This document shows, one piece after another, positions 20,905 to 31,286 of a DNA stretch of 64,000 nucleotides. Under the pieces are notes generated by a model. That model saw only the letters and a list, made by a program, of their open reading frames with translations, was not told the DNA's origin and did not search any database. Source of the stretch: Thermoplasmatales archaeon (lineage in GTDB: Archaea; Thermoplasmatota; Thermoplasmata; Thermoplasmatales; Thermoplasmataceae); assembly GCA_027310185.1 (NCBI GenBank), contig DAIDBH010000019.1, positions 64,001-128,000 on the forward strand, given 5' to 3'. Made by a program: the position numbers and the translations under genes. Each line of letters begins with the position of its first letter. Positions within the stretch are counted from its first letter, which is position 1.

Positions 20905-21984
20905 TTGTCTGACTACAACAAAGAGATAGCTGAGGGGTTTGAATTATTAACCCAGGGAGAATTCGAAAAAAGCCTTGAAAAATTCATTACAGCAATAGAA
21001 ATAGATTCAACCAGGCCAGATGCCTTTTCATTGGCATCAGAAGCATTTGCGCAAATTGGCGATATTGAAAACGCCAAGTCCCACGCGGAATTGGCCTATA
21101 AAATAGATTCCGAAAAGCCGGAATATGTATTGCAGTACGCTTCCATGCTTTATGCAACGGGAAACAGCGAGGAGAGCCTGAGACTCGCAAACGAGGCTCA
21201 GAAAAAAGGAGAAATGCCAGAGATACATCTCCTGAAAAGCAACATCTATATGGACATGGAGGAAGACCAGAAGGCTCTTAAAGAGGCTAAAATGGCTTTT
21301 GAGATGGATAAGAATCCCATATACAGGACAAATTATGCCATTGTCCTTAAGGAGAGTGGGAAAATAAAAGAATCAACTGAAATCCTAAAGAAAATGGTGC
21401 AGGAAAACCCGGATGATTTGGATGCAATTTATTTATTATTCCAGAATGAGCTTGCCGAAGATCACCTCTCCGAAGCCATGAATTACATTACAAAATGCAT
21501 ATCCCTCAATGATTCTGAGCCATTATTCTACTCCGAACTGGCATCAATGATGGAAGATTTTGAAGATAATGAACTTGCAGAGAAATATTATAAGAAGGCA
21601 TTTGATGTTTCAGACAACGATCCAGAAATGGCAATGCAACTTGCAGAACTCTATAATTCTCTTGATAAGGTGCAGGAAGGTATTGATGTACTGGAAGTTT
21701 CCCACAGCGATGAAGATCCAGAATATCACCTCATGATGGGCAAACTTCTCATGGGCAAAAAAGAGTATAATAAGGCCATTTCTCATCTGGATATTGCAAT
21801 TGAAATGGCAGACGATCCAGAGGCAAAAATTGTAAAAGGATCATGTCTTATGGAAATCAACCGGCTGAATGAAGCGCAATCTATACTGAAGGAAGCCTTA
21901 AAGCAGGACTTCCAGACAGAATATGTTGAGTCTCTGTTAAATCAGGTCTGGTGGAAGGAGAACAGCAAGAAATTCAAACTATAA
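20905..21984 (+). CDS. Tetratricopeptide-repeat protein
   Basis: Repeated ~34-aa helical units with A..Y/F..A...P patterns along the whole length. Confidence 0.85.
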   Translation: MSDYNKEIAEGFELLTQGEFEKSLEKFITAIEIDSTRPDAFSLASEAFAQIGDIENAKSHAELAYKIDSEKPEYVLQYASMLYATGNSEESLRLANEAQKKGEMPEIHLLKSNIYMDMEEDQKALKEAKMAFEMDKNPIYRTNYAIVLKESGKIKESTEILKKMVQENPDDLDAIYLLFQNELAEDHLSEAMNYITKCISLNDSEPLFYSELASMMEDFEDNELAEKYYKKAFDVSDNDPEMAMQLAELYNSLDKVQEGIDVLEVSHSDEDPEYHLMMGKLLMGKKEYNKAISHLDIAIEMADDPEAKIVKGSCLMEINRLNEAQSILKEALKQDFQTEYVESLLNQVWWKENSKKFKL

Positions 21985-22300
21985 TTTCCAGATTTTTTCC
22001 ATTCAATCTTATTTCATAAATCTTCAAGTTACCTGACAATGCATAATCTCCCATTGATCTGGGTATTGGATTCTCAAGCACATCGCCGTTATTCAGATTG
22101 AAAATAATATGATGGGAAGGACACATTATCCTCTCCCCGGAAAGAATCTTGCAAAGAAAGAGAGGACCACCCCTATGAGGGCACTTTGAGTCAAAGGCAA
22201 AGTATTTTTCACCTTCTTTGATGATCGTTATATCTTTATCCTGACTCTGTACCCTCTTTCTACCCATGGAGTCAAATCCTCCATTTTCAATACTTATCAT
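21974..22300 (-). CDS. Soluble Rieske [2Fe-2S] ferredoxin
   Basis: CPH...CPSH ligand motifs; 108 aa with no TM segment. Confidence 0.9.
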   Translation of the reverse strand: MISIENGGFDSMGRKRVQSQDKDITIIKEGEKYFAFDSKCPHRGGPLFLCKILSGERIMCPSHHIIFNLNNGDVLENPIPRSMGDYALSGNLKIYEIRLNGKNLEIIV

Positions 22301-22301
22301 A

Positions 22302-23276
22302 TTAGAGGGAGATCTTGGATTTTTTATTCAGATCAACAAATTTCCAGTCACTTCTAACCGATCCCATCCCACGTTTCTTGTGAACATAGTTAATAGCACT
22401 CAATGCTGCTACAGAACCCTGACCGGCTGAGATCACTGCCTGTTTATACGGGATATTTGTTACATCCCCTGCAGCGAAAACGCCTTCTTTGCTTGTTCTG
22501 CCACTCATGTCTATAATGACTTCGTTGTCTTTGTTCATTTCAACAAATCCATTCAGCATCCCTGTCTTTGCAATGTATCCCATTTCAACAAACACTGCTT
22601 TAACTGGAACCTGTTCAAGCGAGCCATCCTTCTTTCTGAGGGAAACTGCGTTCACAGTCTTATCTCCGAGTATTTCCTCAACTTCTGACTCGTAAAGGAA
22701 TTTAACAGTCTCCAGGGATTTTGCCTCAGCTATCATGTCTTCTGAACCTGAAATACGGTTTCCCTTCTGTGTAACATATACATTTGAAGCAACTGTTCCT
22801 AAATATAGTGCAGCCTGAAGAGCATGGTCTCCTGCGCCAGCTACAAGAACATCCTTATTTCTATAGAGCGGACCATCACATATTGAGCAATAGGATACAC
22901 CTCTTCCCTTGAATTTCTCTTCTCCCTTGCTCCCCAGATCTCTTGGGGTTTTACCAAAAGCAAGAACCAGTGCATCGCATTCATATTGCTGTTCCACACC
23001 TTTCAGGATAAACTGGTTATCTGATTCAGTTACTGTCCTTACCTCATCATATGAAAACTCAGTTCCATACATCTGAGCCTGTGCCTGAAATTTGGAAGCC
23101 AGATCAAACCCGGATATACTTTCAAAGCCAGGGTAATTCTGGATATCCGTTGTAAGTAATCCCTGACCACCAATATCTTTTGTGATTACAAGTGTCTTCA
23201 TTCCCTGCCTGGAAGAATAAATGGCCGCAGTAAGACCTGCAAAGGCACCACCTATTACAATAATATCATATTTCAT
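22302..23276 (-). CDS. trxB: Flavin thioredoxin reductase with atypical pyridine-nucleotide site
   Basis: GGAFAGLTAA FAD motif, redox CSIC, GVFAAGD; directly downstream of thioredoxin. Confidence 0.9.
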   Translation of the reverse strand: MKYDIIVIGGAFAGLTAAIYSSRQGMKTLVITKDIGGQGLLTTDIQNYPGFESISGFDLASKFQAQAQMYGTEFSYDEVRTVTESDNQFILKGVEQQYECDALVLAFGKTPRDLGSKGEEKFKGRGVSYCSICDGPLYRNKDVLVAGAGDHALQAALYLGTVASNVYVTQKGNRISGSEDMIAEAKSLETVKFLYESEVEEILGDKTVNAVSLRKKDGSLEQVPVKAVFVEMGYIAKTGMLNGFVEMNKDNEVIIDMSGRTSKEGVFAAGDVTNIPYKQAVISAGQGSVAALSAINYVHKKRGMGSVRSDWKFVDLNKKSKISL

Positions 23277-23687
23277 TCAGTTCAACAACTTCTTTAGTTT
23301 TGCATCAAGCATTGCCTTTGGTACAGCTCCGATACTTACATCAGCGACCTTACCATTCTTGAACATTATTACAGTAGGTATGCTTGTAATATTGAATGAT
23401 GAACTTACTTCCGGATTGGCATCTACATCCACTTTTCCAAAGGAAATCTTACCACTGTATTCATTGGCCAGTTCTTCAACTATTGGGGAGAGGAATCTGC
23501 ATGGAGCACACCAGGATGCCCAGAAGTCCACTACCATAATCTTGCTCTTTTTTACCTCATCATTGAAAGTTGCATCTGTTAATTCTACAGGTTTCATTCT
23601 TTTTTCCTCCTTATTCTTATTTTCTTCCTGAATTCTTGCCAGTACTTTTTTCCTTATGTTTTCCAGTTCTACATCTTCATCTGACAT
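23277..23687 (-). CDS. trxA: Thioredoxin with N-terminal helical extension
   Basis: DFWASWCAPC and SIPT cis-Pro motif. Confidence 0.95.
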   Translation of the reverse strand: MSDEDVELENIRKKVLARIQEENKNKEEKRMKPVELTDATFNDEVKKSKIMVVDFWASWCAPCRFLSPIVEELANEYSGKISFGKVDVDANPEVSSSFNITSIPTVIMFKNGKVADVSIGAVPKAMLDAKLKKLLN

Positions 23688-23788
23688 AATTGAATTCTAT
23701 TAGATATTTGATTGGAGTTAATCAACGTTACGGTTTTGCCAAAATCATACAAAACCATTTATAGAACAACCCAATACCGGCGTATAAT

Positions 23789-24172
23789 ATGAAAATAACA
23801 TCAAAATTGAATTCCGATATTGCTTGCTGTTCCGATTTACTGGAATCGGTATTTAACTTTGGAAAGACTGATGTGGACATATTTTATGCATTAACTCCTG
23901 GAAAGTGGTTCAGGATAGAGGATATTTCAAATGATATAAAAAGGGATCAGAGTACAGTTTACAGATCATTGCAGAAATTGATCAGCATGGGCTTTGTAAT
24001 GCGAGACTCAAGGATCATCCAGAATGGAGGCTATTATTATGAATATGCATTATCAGTTTCCTCAACGCTTGATAAGGTAATCAGAGAAAAGATTGATGAG
24101 TTGATTGATCGTCTGAGAAGCCTTTCAAGGGACCTTATACGGGAATTAGAATCACGGGAAATGATACAATAG
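23789..24172 (+). CDS. Winged-HTH transcriptional regulator (TrmB/COG3355-like)
   Basis: HTH KRDQSTVYRSLQKL and wing GGYYYEY; divergent from the trx operon. Confidence 0.8.
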   Translation: MKITSKLNSDIACCSDLLESVFNFGKTDVDIFYALTPGKWFRIEDISNDIKRDQSTVYRSLQKLISMGFVMRDSRIIQNGGYYYEYALSVSSTLDKVIREKIDELIDRLRSLSRDLIRELESREMIQ

Positions 24173-24175
24173 TTT

Positions 24176-25138
24176 TCATCTCACCATTGATATAAATCTT
24201 TGAGCCTCTTCCACCACTCTTACCACTCTGTATCCATCATTCCCTGTTGCTATCCTGCTTTTTTCTCCATTTGCGTATTTTACAAATTCTGACACTTCTT
24301 CAGCATACATGTTCCCTGATTTAAACTCCTTTACCATTTCATCATCGATCTCAACTACTGCATTGATTGAAGTGCCAAAGAAATTTCTGCACTTTATTTT
24401 TCTGTCTGCGGTCAACAGGGTCAAGTCATTTGAAATGGGGCCCATCTGTCTGGATGAGAAAGCAGCAGCGAATCCCTTTTCGAACTGCATATTTACTATC
24501 ATTGATTCATCAATTATCTTCTCTTCTGGCATCCTGAATGAGGTTACCTTCCTGGGAAATCTATTATGAAATGAAATCAGCGTATCAATGACGTGAACGC
24601 CAGTACCCATTACGGAACCTCCTCCTACCTTATCTGGTTCGCTCCACCACTTGCTATCTGTCGTTTGTTCCCTTGCAGCTGACTTATGGGTCCACATTCC
24701 CGATTCATAAATTATTTCTTCATCGGGTTTCAGTATTTCATTTTTTATGTAGTCAAGCGCAGGGTGCATTCTGAGATGGAAGCCAATACCAAGTTTAGCC
24801 TTCCTCTCGGTTGCCAGGGAAATGAGTTCTTTTGCGTCTGCAGATCTCAGTGTCATCTGTTTTTCCAGCAGAACATGTTTGCTATGATTTAGGGCTTTTC
24901 TTGCATGTTCAAAATGCATGAAATTTGGTGAACCCACATAGACAGAATCTATATCATCAGAAAGCATTTCTCCATATGTAGGGTAATATTTGCATGAAAA
25001 CTTTTTAGATATTTCATCTCCCTTCTCCTTGTTCGTCGTGGTAATACCTGAGATTTCATTACCACTTTCTAAAATGGCAGGCATCACCCTATTCACTGCA
25101 TGATTACCGATACCAACAACCCCGAATTTCATAATCAA
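24176..25138 (-). CDS. Gfo/Idh/MocA family oxidoreductase
   Basis: GVVGIG, HVLLEKQ, GGGSVMGTGVHVID. Confidence 0.9.
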   Translation of the reverse strand: MIMKFGVVGIGNHAVNRVMPAILESGNEISGITTTNKEKGDEISKKFSCKYYPTYGEMLSDDIDSVYVGSPNFMHFEHARKALNHSKHVLLEKQMTLRSADAKELISLATERKAKLGIGFHLRMHPALDYIKNEILKPDEEIIYESGMWTHKSAAREQTTDSKWWSEPDKVGGGSVMGTGVHVIDTLISFHNRFPRKVTSFRMPEEKIIDESMIVNMQFEKGFAAAFSSRQMGPISNDLTLLTADRKIKCRNFFGTSINAVVEIDDEMVKEFKSGNMYAEEVSEFVKYANGEKSRIATGNDGYRVVRVVEEAQRFISMVR

Positions 25139-25233
25139 ATATGGTGAGTCTGTTAATAATATATTCTATTATCTTGTTGGTTTCATTATTCCTGTGTCAA
25201 ATCTTTAAATATGCAAATTCGATATTATCGTGA

Positions 25234-26052
25234 ATGGCAAATTCCAAAAAAACAAATAAACAGAAGGAAGACGAATTAAGAATCCTTATCCAGAGAAGAA
25301 GGAAGATATTAACGACTGCAGTAACAATAGTAGTGGCTGTTATAGTAATTGTAGCGGTACTCATAGCTTCTGGTGTATTTAATTCATCATCTCCCGGTAC
25401 TTCATCCAATTCCACAGTGGTGCAAAGTGGAAAATTTATCAGGATAGACGGTTCGGACGTTTCACCAGTCGGTGGAGTTAATATTTATTTTCTTTCATGG
25501 CAGGGATGCCCAATCGGTGCCTCAGACAGCTGGTTTATTTACAATTATGTTCACTCTCAGGATCCATCACTTTCAAATTCCACAATATATCACGACATGC
25601 ATTTCAGTGATCCTGATGAAAGCCCTACAAACATACCAGGTCTTCTCTTTAACAACTTCACTTATAGTCTAGGTGGGATAGATTATCACTTCCACGTTAT
25701 ATATGTGTATGGAGAATACCTTCCACCGGATGGACCCAGTTCAGTTAGCCAGGGAGAATCTGTCCTGAATGCAAATTTTCCATCTTCAGTTTCATCGCTG
25801 TTCCTGAAATATGAGACTCAATACCCAACAGCTAATCTAAGTGGCGAAGCAATCGCAAACTATGCAGGGCACCTGACTTCAAGCTTAATAATAACGGGAC
25901 CTTCAGGAACATACTATGCAGAGGGTGAACTATACAGTCCTTCAACAATAGCAAACATACAGCCTGGAATCCTCATAAATGAACTCTCTCAATATCCTGG
26001 CATAACCGTGGGAACATCAGAACTTGGATCTGCTGTGAATTCTGTAATCTGA
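25234..26052 (+). CDS. DUF929-like membrane-anchored thioredoxin-fold protein
   Basis: N-terminal TM, Ser-rich linker, FLSWQGCPIGASDSW and NIPGLLF resembling DUF929 of thermoacidophiles. Confidence 0.7.
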   Translation: MANSKKTNKQKEDELRILIQRRRKILTTAVTIVVAVIVIVAVLIASGVFNSSSPGTSSNSTVVQSGKFIRIDGSDVSPVGGVNIYFLSWQGCPIGASDSWFIYNYVHSQDPSLSNSTIYHDMHFSDPDESPTNIPGLLFNNFTYSLGGIDYHFHVIYVYGEYLPPDGPSSVSQGESVLNANFPSSVSSLFLKYETQYPTANLSGEAIANYAGHLTSSLIITGPSGTYYAEGELYSPSTIANIQPGILINELSQYPGITVGTSELGSAVNSVI

Positions 26053-26071
26053 AAAATGTGAGAAGAAACAG

Positions 26072-27124
26072 ATGGATATTTATGCCGATTTTCACAACAT
26101 AAAGAAGATCTTCCTTTCCACACCAATTTTTATCTGTCTTCTGGTGATGTGGTTATATGGCGTAAACTCTATTTTTTACGTACTGTTGATTTCTATAGTT
26201 TTATCCGTGATAATATCAGTCTTATATTCTGTATGGATGGAGTCAACAACATACCATGAGGCTTCTGGCGTTTGGATCATGCCAATCATAGCATACATGT
26301 TTTTAAGGCTGGACTTTTCAGGAAGCATACCCAATATTATTGAATTATTGAAAGCTCCATTCATCATAGATACTCTAATATGGATTCCAATCGGTATATT
26401 CATCATCAACTTTATAATCCACCTGACCCCACACAATTCAGGTCAATATAATTCACCCGATCAAAAAAGGTCATATGGATACTGGCTAACAGTATCAACA
26501 ATAATCGGGATGGGAATAACTGTTATCCTATCCGGGTTAACCGAAGGCTATATTTTTATTTTTCCAGACAGATATATGATTCCACTGTTTTATGGGTTAA
26601 TAGTTGTCCTTGCACAATTCAACTTTTCTGTTACAAGCAGGAGAAGCATAAATGGTATTGTTCTTATCCTTATCCTGTATTCATTGCTGGCAATATACGA
26701 AAATATACTTAAGGGTGTTTTCCCGCCTCTTTTAACAATTCTCGTGGAGTTTATACTTCTCACGTCATTCTTCTGGATTGTGATGAATCCCGAACAGAGG
26801 GAAGGAAAATATACAGGATCAGTAATATCCTATCCGCACTATAGAATAAAGTTCTTCCTTGTAGTCCTCTGGTTCCTCATACTCTATTTTACCATCCCAA
26901 AAGTATATCAGCCAGTTGAATCGGTTCTCATATTTCCACTTATATTCTTTTCTGAATTCATAGTTGACCTTTTTAAGGGAATCAGGGCCTCGACTCTTTC
27001 TGGCAAGGGTGGTATAATAGGAGGAGCAGGTCCCTTCGACAGTCTCTATTCAACTTTCTCCTTTACCATATTCACCTACCTGGTTTTTGTAATAATAGTA
27101 ATGAATAATCTAACTGGAATTTAA
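26072..27124 (+). CDS. Multi-pass membrane protein with DUF1614-like C-terminal motif
   Basis: About 10 hydrophobic segments; IIGGAGPFD resembles the DUF1614 IGGAGxFD motif. Confidence 0.55.
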   Translation: MDIYADFHNIKKIFLSTPIFICLLVMWLYGVNSIFYVLLISIVLSVIISVLYSVWMESTTYHEASGVWIMPIIAYMFLRLDFSGSIPNIIELLKAPFIIDTLIWIPIGIFIINFIIHLTPHNSGQYNSPDQKRSYGYWLTVSTIIGMGITVILSGLTEGYIFIFPDRYMIPLFYGLIVVLAQFNFSVTSRRSINGIVLILILYSLLAIYENILKGVFPPLLTILVEFILLTSFFWIVMNPEQREGKYTGSVISYPHYRIKFFLVVLWFLILYFTIPKVYQPVESVLIFPLIFFSEFIVDLFKGIRASTLSGKGGIIGGAGPFDSLYSTFSFTIFTYLVFVIIVMNNLTGI

Positions 27125-27214
27125 TATTGAGGTTACTTAAAATATTAATCACAATAGATCCACGCTTAAAATGATTCGGGGTTTTTTATCAGGCCTAAAT
27201 ATCCAGTTCGAATA

Positions 27215-29044
27215 TCATGAATTTTCCATTCTCTGGACATCTTTAATTCTCCTTATCTCCATGTTATAAGCTTCAGCAACTTCTGAGAGCGTCAGAGTTC
27301 CGACAACAACATCTGGTGAATTGTCATCGTAAACAATGAGTTTTCCAGATGGTTCCTTTGTAAGTTTATTCAGTGCATTGTGTAAGTTGTCATCACTTCT
27401 GATGAGAGGTGGATCTGTTTGCATCACGCTTTCAATCTTCTCATCATAGTTAACATTAACTGGTATATTTTCTATGGACAGGTACCCTTCAAGTTTACCA
27501 CCATCCTCCACAACTATCCCCTTTGTCCTGCTTTCTCTTATCATATTGATTCCTGCTCTGAGGGTTTCATTCTTACTAATCTTGAAATAATCCTTCTTCA
27601 TGGCCGTATATACCGGGATGTCGTCCATTATCGGGTTCTTATATTCATCTTCGTGGGCAGGGGATTTGCTTCTATCCAAAACCTGCGAACGATAAATTGA
27701 GAGATTCCCACTAACAAAGTAACTTACCGTTGTTGCAAGCATTAAGGGTATGAACAGTGCATATGATCCTGTCATTTCTGTCCCCATTATAATAATAGCA
27801 ATTGGAGCCTTAGATGCCCCACCGAACATTGAAATCATGGACACTATTATAATTTCATCCACGCTCAGATAAGGGAAAAAAATTCTGAGAGGAATTGCAA
27901 TAGCTGCCCCTAGGAATGCTCCAATCACCAGTCCTGGAGCGAAGACTCCTCCAGATCCTTCGGATCCTATGGTGAATGATGTTGCAACAGTTTTCAAAAA
28001 GAAAAGCACAATAAAGATAACGAACAAATCAAGGTACCCAGTTCCAAAAAGGGCCATATTCCCATCCAGCATCTGTTGAACCCATCCATACCCCAGTCCG
28101 AGTATTTCTGGAAAGAATATGGCGATTATCCCAACTATTGCTCCCCCGATTGCAGGTTTGGCATAGGGAGAAATCCTTTTTGCCATTGAAAATATTCTAC
28201 TTATACCGTAGAATGTCTTTATATAAAATATTGCGGAGAGACCAGCAAAAAAACCAATTATGAGATATGCGATTAGGGACAGCGGGTGAAAAAAGCCTAT
28301 TACAGTTGAAGTTGGAATTAGAAATATGGTCTTGTAGCCTGTGTAGTAACCAAAAATTGAATATCCGATCACCGAAGCTATTGTTGATGGAATCAACGCT
28401 TCTGTTTCGAAGTCCCTTTTATAAAGAATTTCTGTGCTTAGAATTGCTCCTCCAAGAGGGGCCAGGAATATACTTCCAATACCTGCCCCAATACCAGAAG
28501 CTACTGCGATACGGCGGTCGTGATCATCAAGATGAAATATATCTGAAAGGAAGGACCCAAATCCAGCGGCAATCTGCGCTGTGGGACCTTCCCTTCCAGC
28601 ACTTCCTCCCGAGCCTATGGTAATAGCTGAAGCAACTGTCTTTACCAGTGGTATTCTCTTTCTAATTCTTCCTGCATTGTTATGAAATGCACTGATCGCT
28701 GCATCCGTACCATGTCCCTTAGCTTCCGGTGCGGTTTTATTCAGAATAATAGCAACAACAATCCCTCCAATAATAAGCGATAGTGGAATGTAAAGATAAT
28801 GAATATTCGGGGAATATTGATAAAACGATGTCCCTGCAAGCAATCCTGATCTTGGTGGGGAAAATCCTGTTAAACCTGTCAGAAGGTAAGTTGTTACAAA
28901 TTCTATTGAAATGTAGAGAACAATTGCACCAAGACCTGCTATGATCCCAATCAGGGTACCAATAAGAGCCCATTTGCCCGATGCAGTAGACATCATTTTT
29001 GTGTAAAGACGAGATGCAACTGGAAAGCGGTTTGATGGGGACAT
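27215..29044 (-). CDS. ClC chloride channel/Cl-H+ antiporter with CBS pair
   Basis: GSAGREGP, GGVFAP, C-terminal CBS domains. Confidence 0.93.
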   Translation of the reverse strand: MSPSNRFPVASRLYTKMMSTASGKWALIGTLIGIIAGLGAIVLYISIEFVTTYLLTGLTGFSPPRSGLLAGTSFYQYSPNIHYLYIPLSLIIGGIVVAIILNKTAPEAKGHGTDAAISAFHNNAGRIRKRIPLVKTVASAITIGSGGSAGREGPTAQIAAGFGSFLSDIFHLDDHDRRIAVASGIGAGIGSIFLAPLGGAILSTEILYKRDFETEALIPSTIASVIGYSIFGYYTGYKTIFLIPTSTVIGFFHPLSLIAYLIIGFFAGLSAIFYIKTFYGISRIFSMAKRISPYAKPAIGGAIVGIIAIFFPEILGLGYGWVQQMLDGNMALFGTGYLDLFVIFIVLFFLKTVATSFTIGSEGSGGVFAPGLVIGAFLGAAIAIPLRIFFPYLSVDEIIIVSMISMFGGASKAPIAIIIMGTEMTGSYALFIPLMLATTVSYFVSGNLSIYRSQVLDRSKSPAHEDEYKNPIMDDIPVYTAMKKDYFKISKNETLRAGINMIRESRTKGIVVEDGGKLEGYLSIENIPVNVNYDEKIESVMQTDPPLIRSDDNLHNALNKLTKEPSGKLIVYDDNSPDVVVGTLTLSEVAEAYNMEIRRIKDVQRMENS

Positions 29045-29094
29045 CTTATTTTTCTCGATAAATAATTACTATTTACTTATTCTCTTTTAAGTGT

Positions 29095-29352
29095 TCAGTT
29101 CTGTTCTCTTCTATTATAACTTACCTTCTCCGGGAACGTGAGTAGAAGAATCGCATCTCCAATTGACTTGATCCATCTGAATGGAATTGAGATTGGAATG
29201 CCTTCACTTACGATACTGCTATTAGTATCCTTAATTAGCAGGCCATAAACATTGCCTCCCTCAAAATCAAGAATGACATCATATACATTTCCAACAAGCA
29301 CTCCTTTTTCTGTATACACTGGTTTCTCTATTAATCCATCAGTTGAAATCAT
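29095..29352 (-). CDS. PRC-barrel domain protein (CdpB-like)
   Basis: VYTEKGVLVGNVYDVILD...IPFRWIKSIGDAIL is a typical stand-alone archaeal PRC barrel. Confidence 0.8.
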   Translation of the reverse strand: MISTDGLIEKPVYTEKGVLVGNVYDVILDFEGGNVYGLLIKDTNSSIVSEGIPISIPFRWIKSIGDAILLLTFPEKVSYNRREQN

Positions 29353-29356
29353 TGAT

Positions 29357-29923
29357 TCACCTCTTACAATATTCTATGAAGGATTTGAACATTTCTGTAC
29401 CGTACTGAGTATTTTCAACCTCTGGATGGAACTGAACACCAAACATTCCTTTCTTATCCGAGTAGAAAGCCTGGACCCTGCAGTTCTTGGAATTTGAGCA
29501 CACAACAAAGTCGCTTGAAATTGACACTATTTCATCATTATGATTCTCCCATACCACGATCTCCGGTGGAATCTCTTTAAAAATTCCTCCCTGATTGAAA
29601 AAACTAACTTTTGTCTTTCCAAATTCCGGTACTGGTGAAGACCTGACCTCACCATTGAAATGTAGGGCCATAAACTGAGCTCCTATACATATTCCAAATA
29701 CTGGAACGGAAGTTCTGTCAAGAATATCCGAAATCTTACCCAGTTTTGGGATTTCATTTGTTATACTTGGGGCACCTCCAGAAAGTACCCAGCCATCAGA
29801 ATCCTTGATATCATCAAAATTGATGTCATTGTCCACAATTTCTGATTCAACATCAAGTTTCTTCAGCACTTTCCACTCCTTATGAGTCCACTGACCACCA
29901 TTGTCAACTACATAAATTTTCAT
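29357..29923 (-). CDS. guaAA: GMP synthase glutamine amidotransferase subunit A
   Basis: VVDNGGQ, LSGG, GICIGAQ, QFHPE. Start trimmed to ATG 29923. Confidence 0.9.
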   Translation of the reverse strand: MKIYVVDNGGQWTHKEWKVLKKLDVESEIVDNDINFDDIKDSDGWVLSGGAPSITNEIPKLGKISDILDRTSVPVFGICIGAQFMALHFNGEVRSSPVPEFGKTKVSFFNQGGIFKEIPPEIVVWENHNDEIVSISSDFVVCSNSKNCRVQAFYSDKKGMFGVQFHPEVENTQYGTEMFKSFIEYCKR

Positions 29924-30128
29924 AGATGATACATCCCGATTCTCTTTTATAATTTCTATATATCGAAATTTTTGTCGATGGGTCAATAAGAATGCCCTAT
30001 AATCAAATTATTCTACGGAATTCGTTATTTTTCTGCTAGTTTTTCAATGATATATTGAAATAGGTTGAAAAAAGACTATTAAAAGTATTACGAATAGTTT
30101 AATAACTTGTTAACTATAAGGTAAATAT

Positions 30129-30344
30129 ATGCAAATTTCTCTCCCTATTTATCATGATCTTGGAAATGAGTTTGTAGTGCTTAACGTTTCCGAGGATTTG
30201 ATTAATAGAGCTGTTTTTGACAACAAAGGTAACAAAGTGGGTAGAATAGTAAGAATTATTGGTCCAGTATCTGAGCCAATGGGGGTAGTAGTACTCTCAA
30301 AAAAATTCGATTCCGATGATAGGAGAGTATTTGTTAGAAATTAG
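30129..30344 (+). CDS. gar1: Gar1/Naf1 family H/ACA RNP protein
   Basis: VGRIVRIIGPVSEP motif and the usual position upstream of tfb. Confidence 0.75.
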   Translation: MQISLPIYHDLGNEFVVLNVSEDLINRAVFDNKGNKVGRIVRIIGPVSEPMGVVVLSKKFDSDDRRVFVRN

Positions 30345-30353
30345 GTGATTTAG

Positions 30354-31286
30354 ATGGAAAAAGAAAAGAGAAAAATTGAGCAGATTGAAAAGTGTCCAGA
30401 ATGCGGTTCCACAGATCTTTCAAGAGATTATGAAAGAGGTGAACTGGTATGCAATAAATGCGGTATTGTCATTGATGAAAGTTATATTGATCAGGGACCC
30501 GAATGGAGAGCATTTGACACAGAACAGAATGAGTCGAGAGCAAGGGCTGGTTCTCCAATGACCTTTACTTTACACGACAAAGGATTATCAACAGACATAT
30601 CCTGGAAGAATAAGGATTCTTACGGCAAATCCATACCAACAAGGAACAGGGCACAATTATACAGACTGAGAAAATGGCAGAAGAGGATCAAGGTTTCAAA
30701 TGCAGCTGAAAGAAATCTTTCCCAGGCATTGCAAGAAATGGAGAGAATGGCCTCAAATCTCAGTATTCCTAATGATGTCAGGGAAACCGCAGCTGTTATT
30801 TATAGAAAGGCTGTCAAACAGAACATGATCAGGGGCAGGAGCATAGAAGGAGTAGTTGCTGGTTCGTTATATGCCGCATGCAGAATCACGAATGTGCCAA
30901 GAACTCTTGATGAGATTGCTTCCATAACAAGGGTAAAGAAGAAGGAAATTGGACGTACTTACCGTATAATGAGCAGATACCTGCAGCTTAACATCATGCC
31001 TTCCAAGCCTGAAGATTATCTGAACAGATTCTGCAGTAAGCTGAAGCTTTCACTTGATACAAGAAAACAGGCCGCTGAAATAATCAAACTGGCACAGGAT
31101 AATGACCTTACATCAGGTAAAGGTCCAACAGGAGTTGCAGCAGCAGCCATCTACATAGCATCAATCCTCATGAACGAAAGGAGAACTCAGAGATCAGTTG
31201 CAGAAGTTGCAGGTGTAACTGAAGTAACAATAAGGAACAGGTATAAGGAGCTTACAGAAAAGCTTAATCTTGAAGTTCAGGAGTAA
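30354..31286 (+). CDS. tfb: Transcription initiation factor IIB
   Basis: Zn ribbon CPEC...CNKC, GPEWRAF, two cyclin repeats, [13 protein letters not shown]. Confidence 0.98.
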   Translation: MEKEKRKIEQIEKCPECGSTDLSRDYERGELVCNKCGIVIDESYIDQGPEWRAFDTEQNESRARAGSPMTFTLHDKGLSTDISWKNKDSYGKSIPTRNRAQLYRLRKWQKRIKVSNAAERNLSQALQEMERMASNLSIPNDVRETAAVIYRKAVKQNMIRGRSIEGVVAGSLYAACRITNVPRTLDEIASITRVKKKEIGRTYRIMSRYLQLNIMPSKPEDYLNRFCSKLKLSLDTRKQAAEIIKLAQDNDLTSGKGPTGVAAAAIYIASILMNERRTQRSVAEVAGVTEVTIRNRYKELTEKLNLEVQE

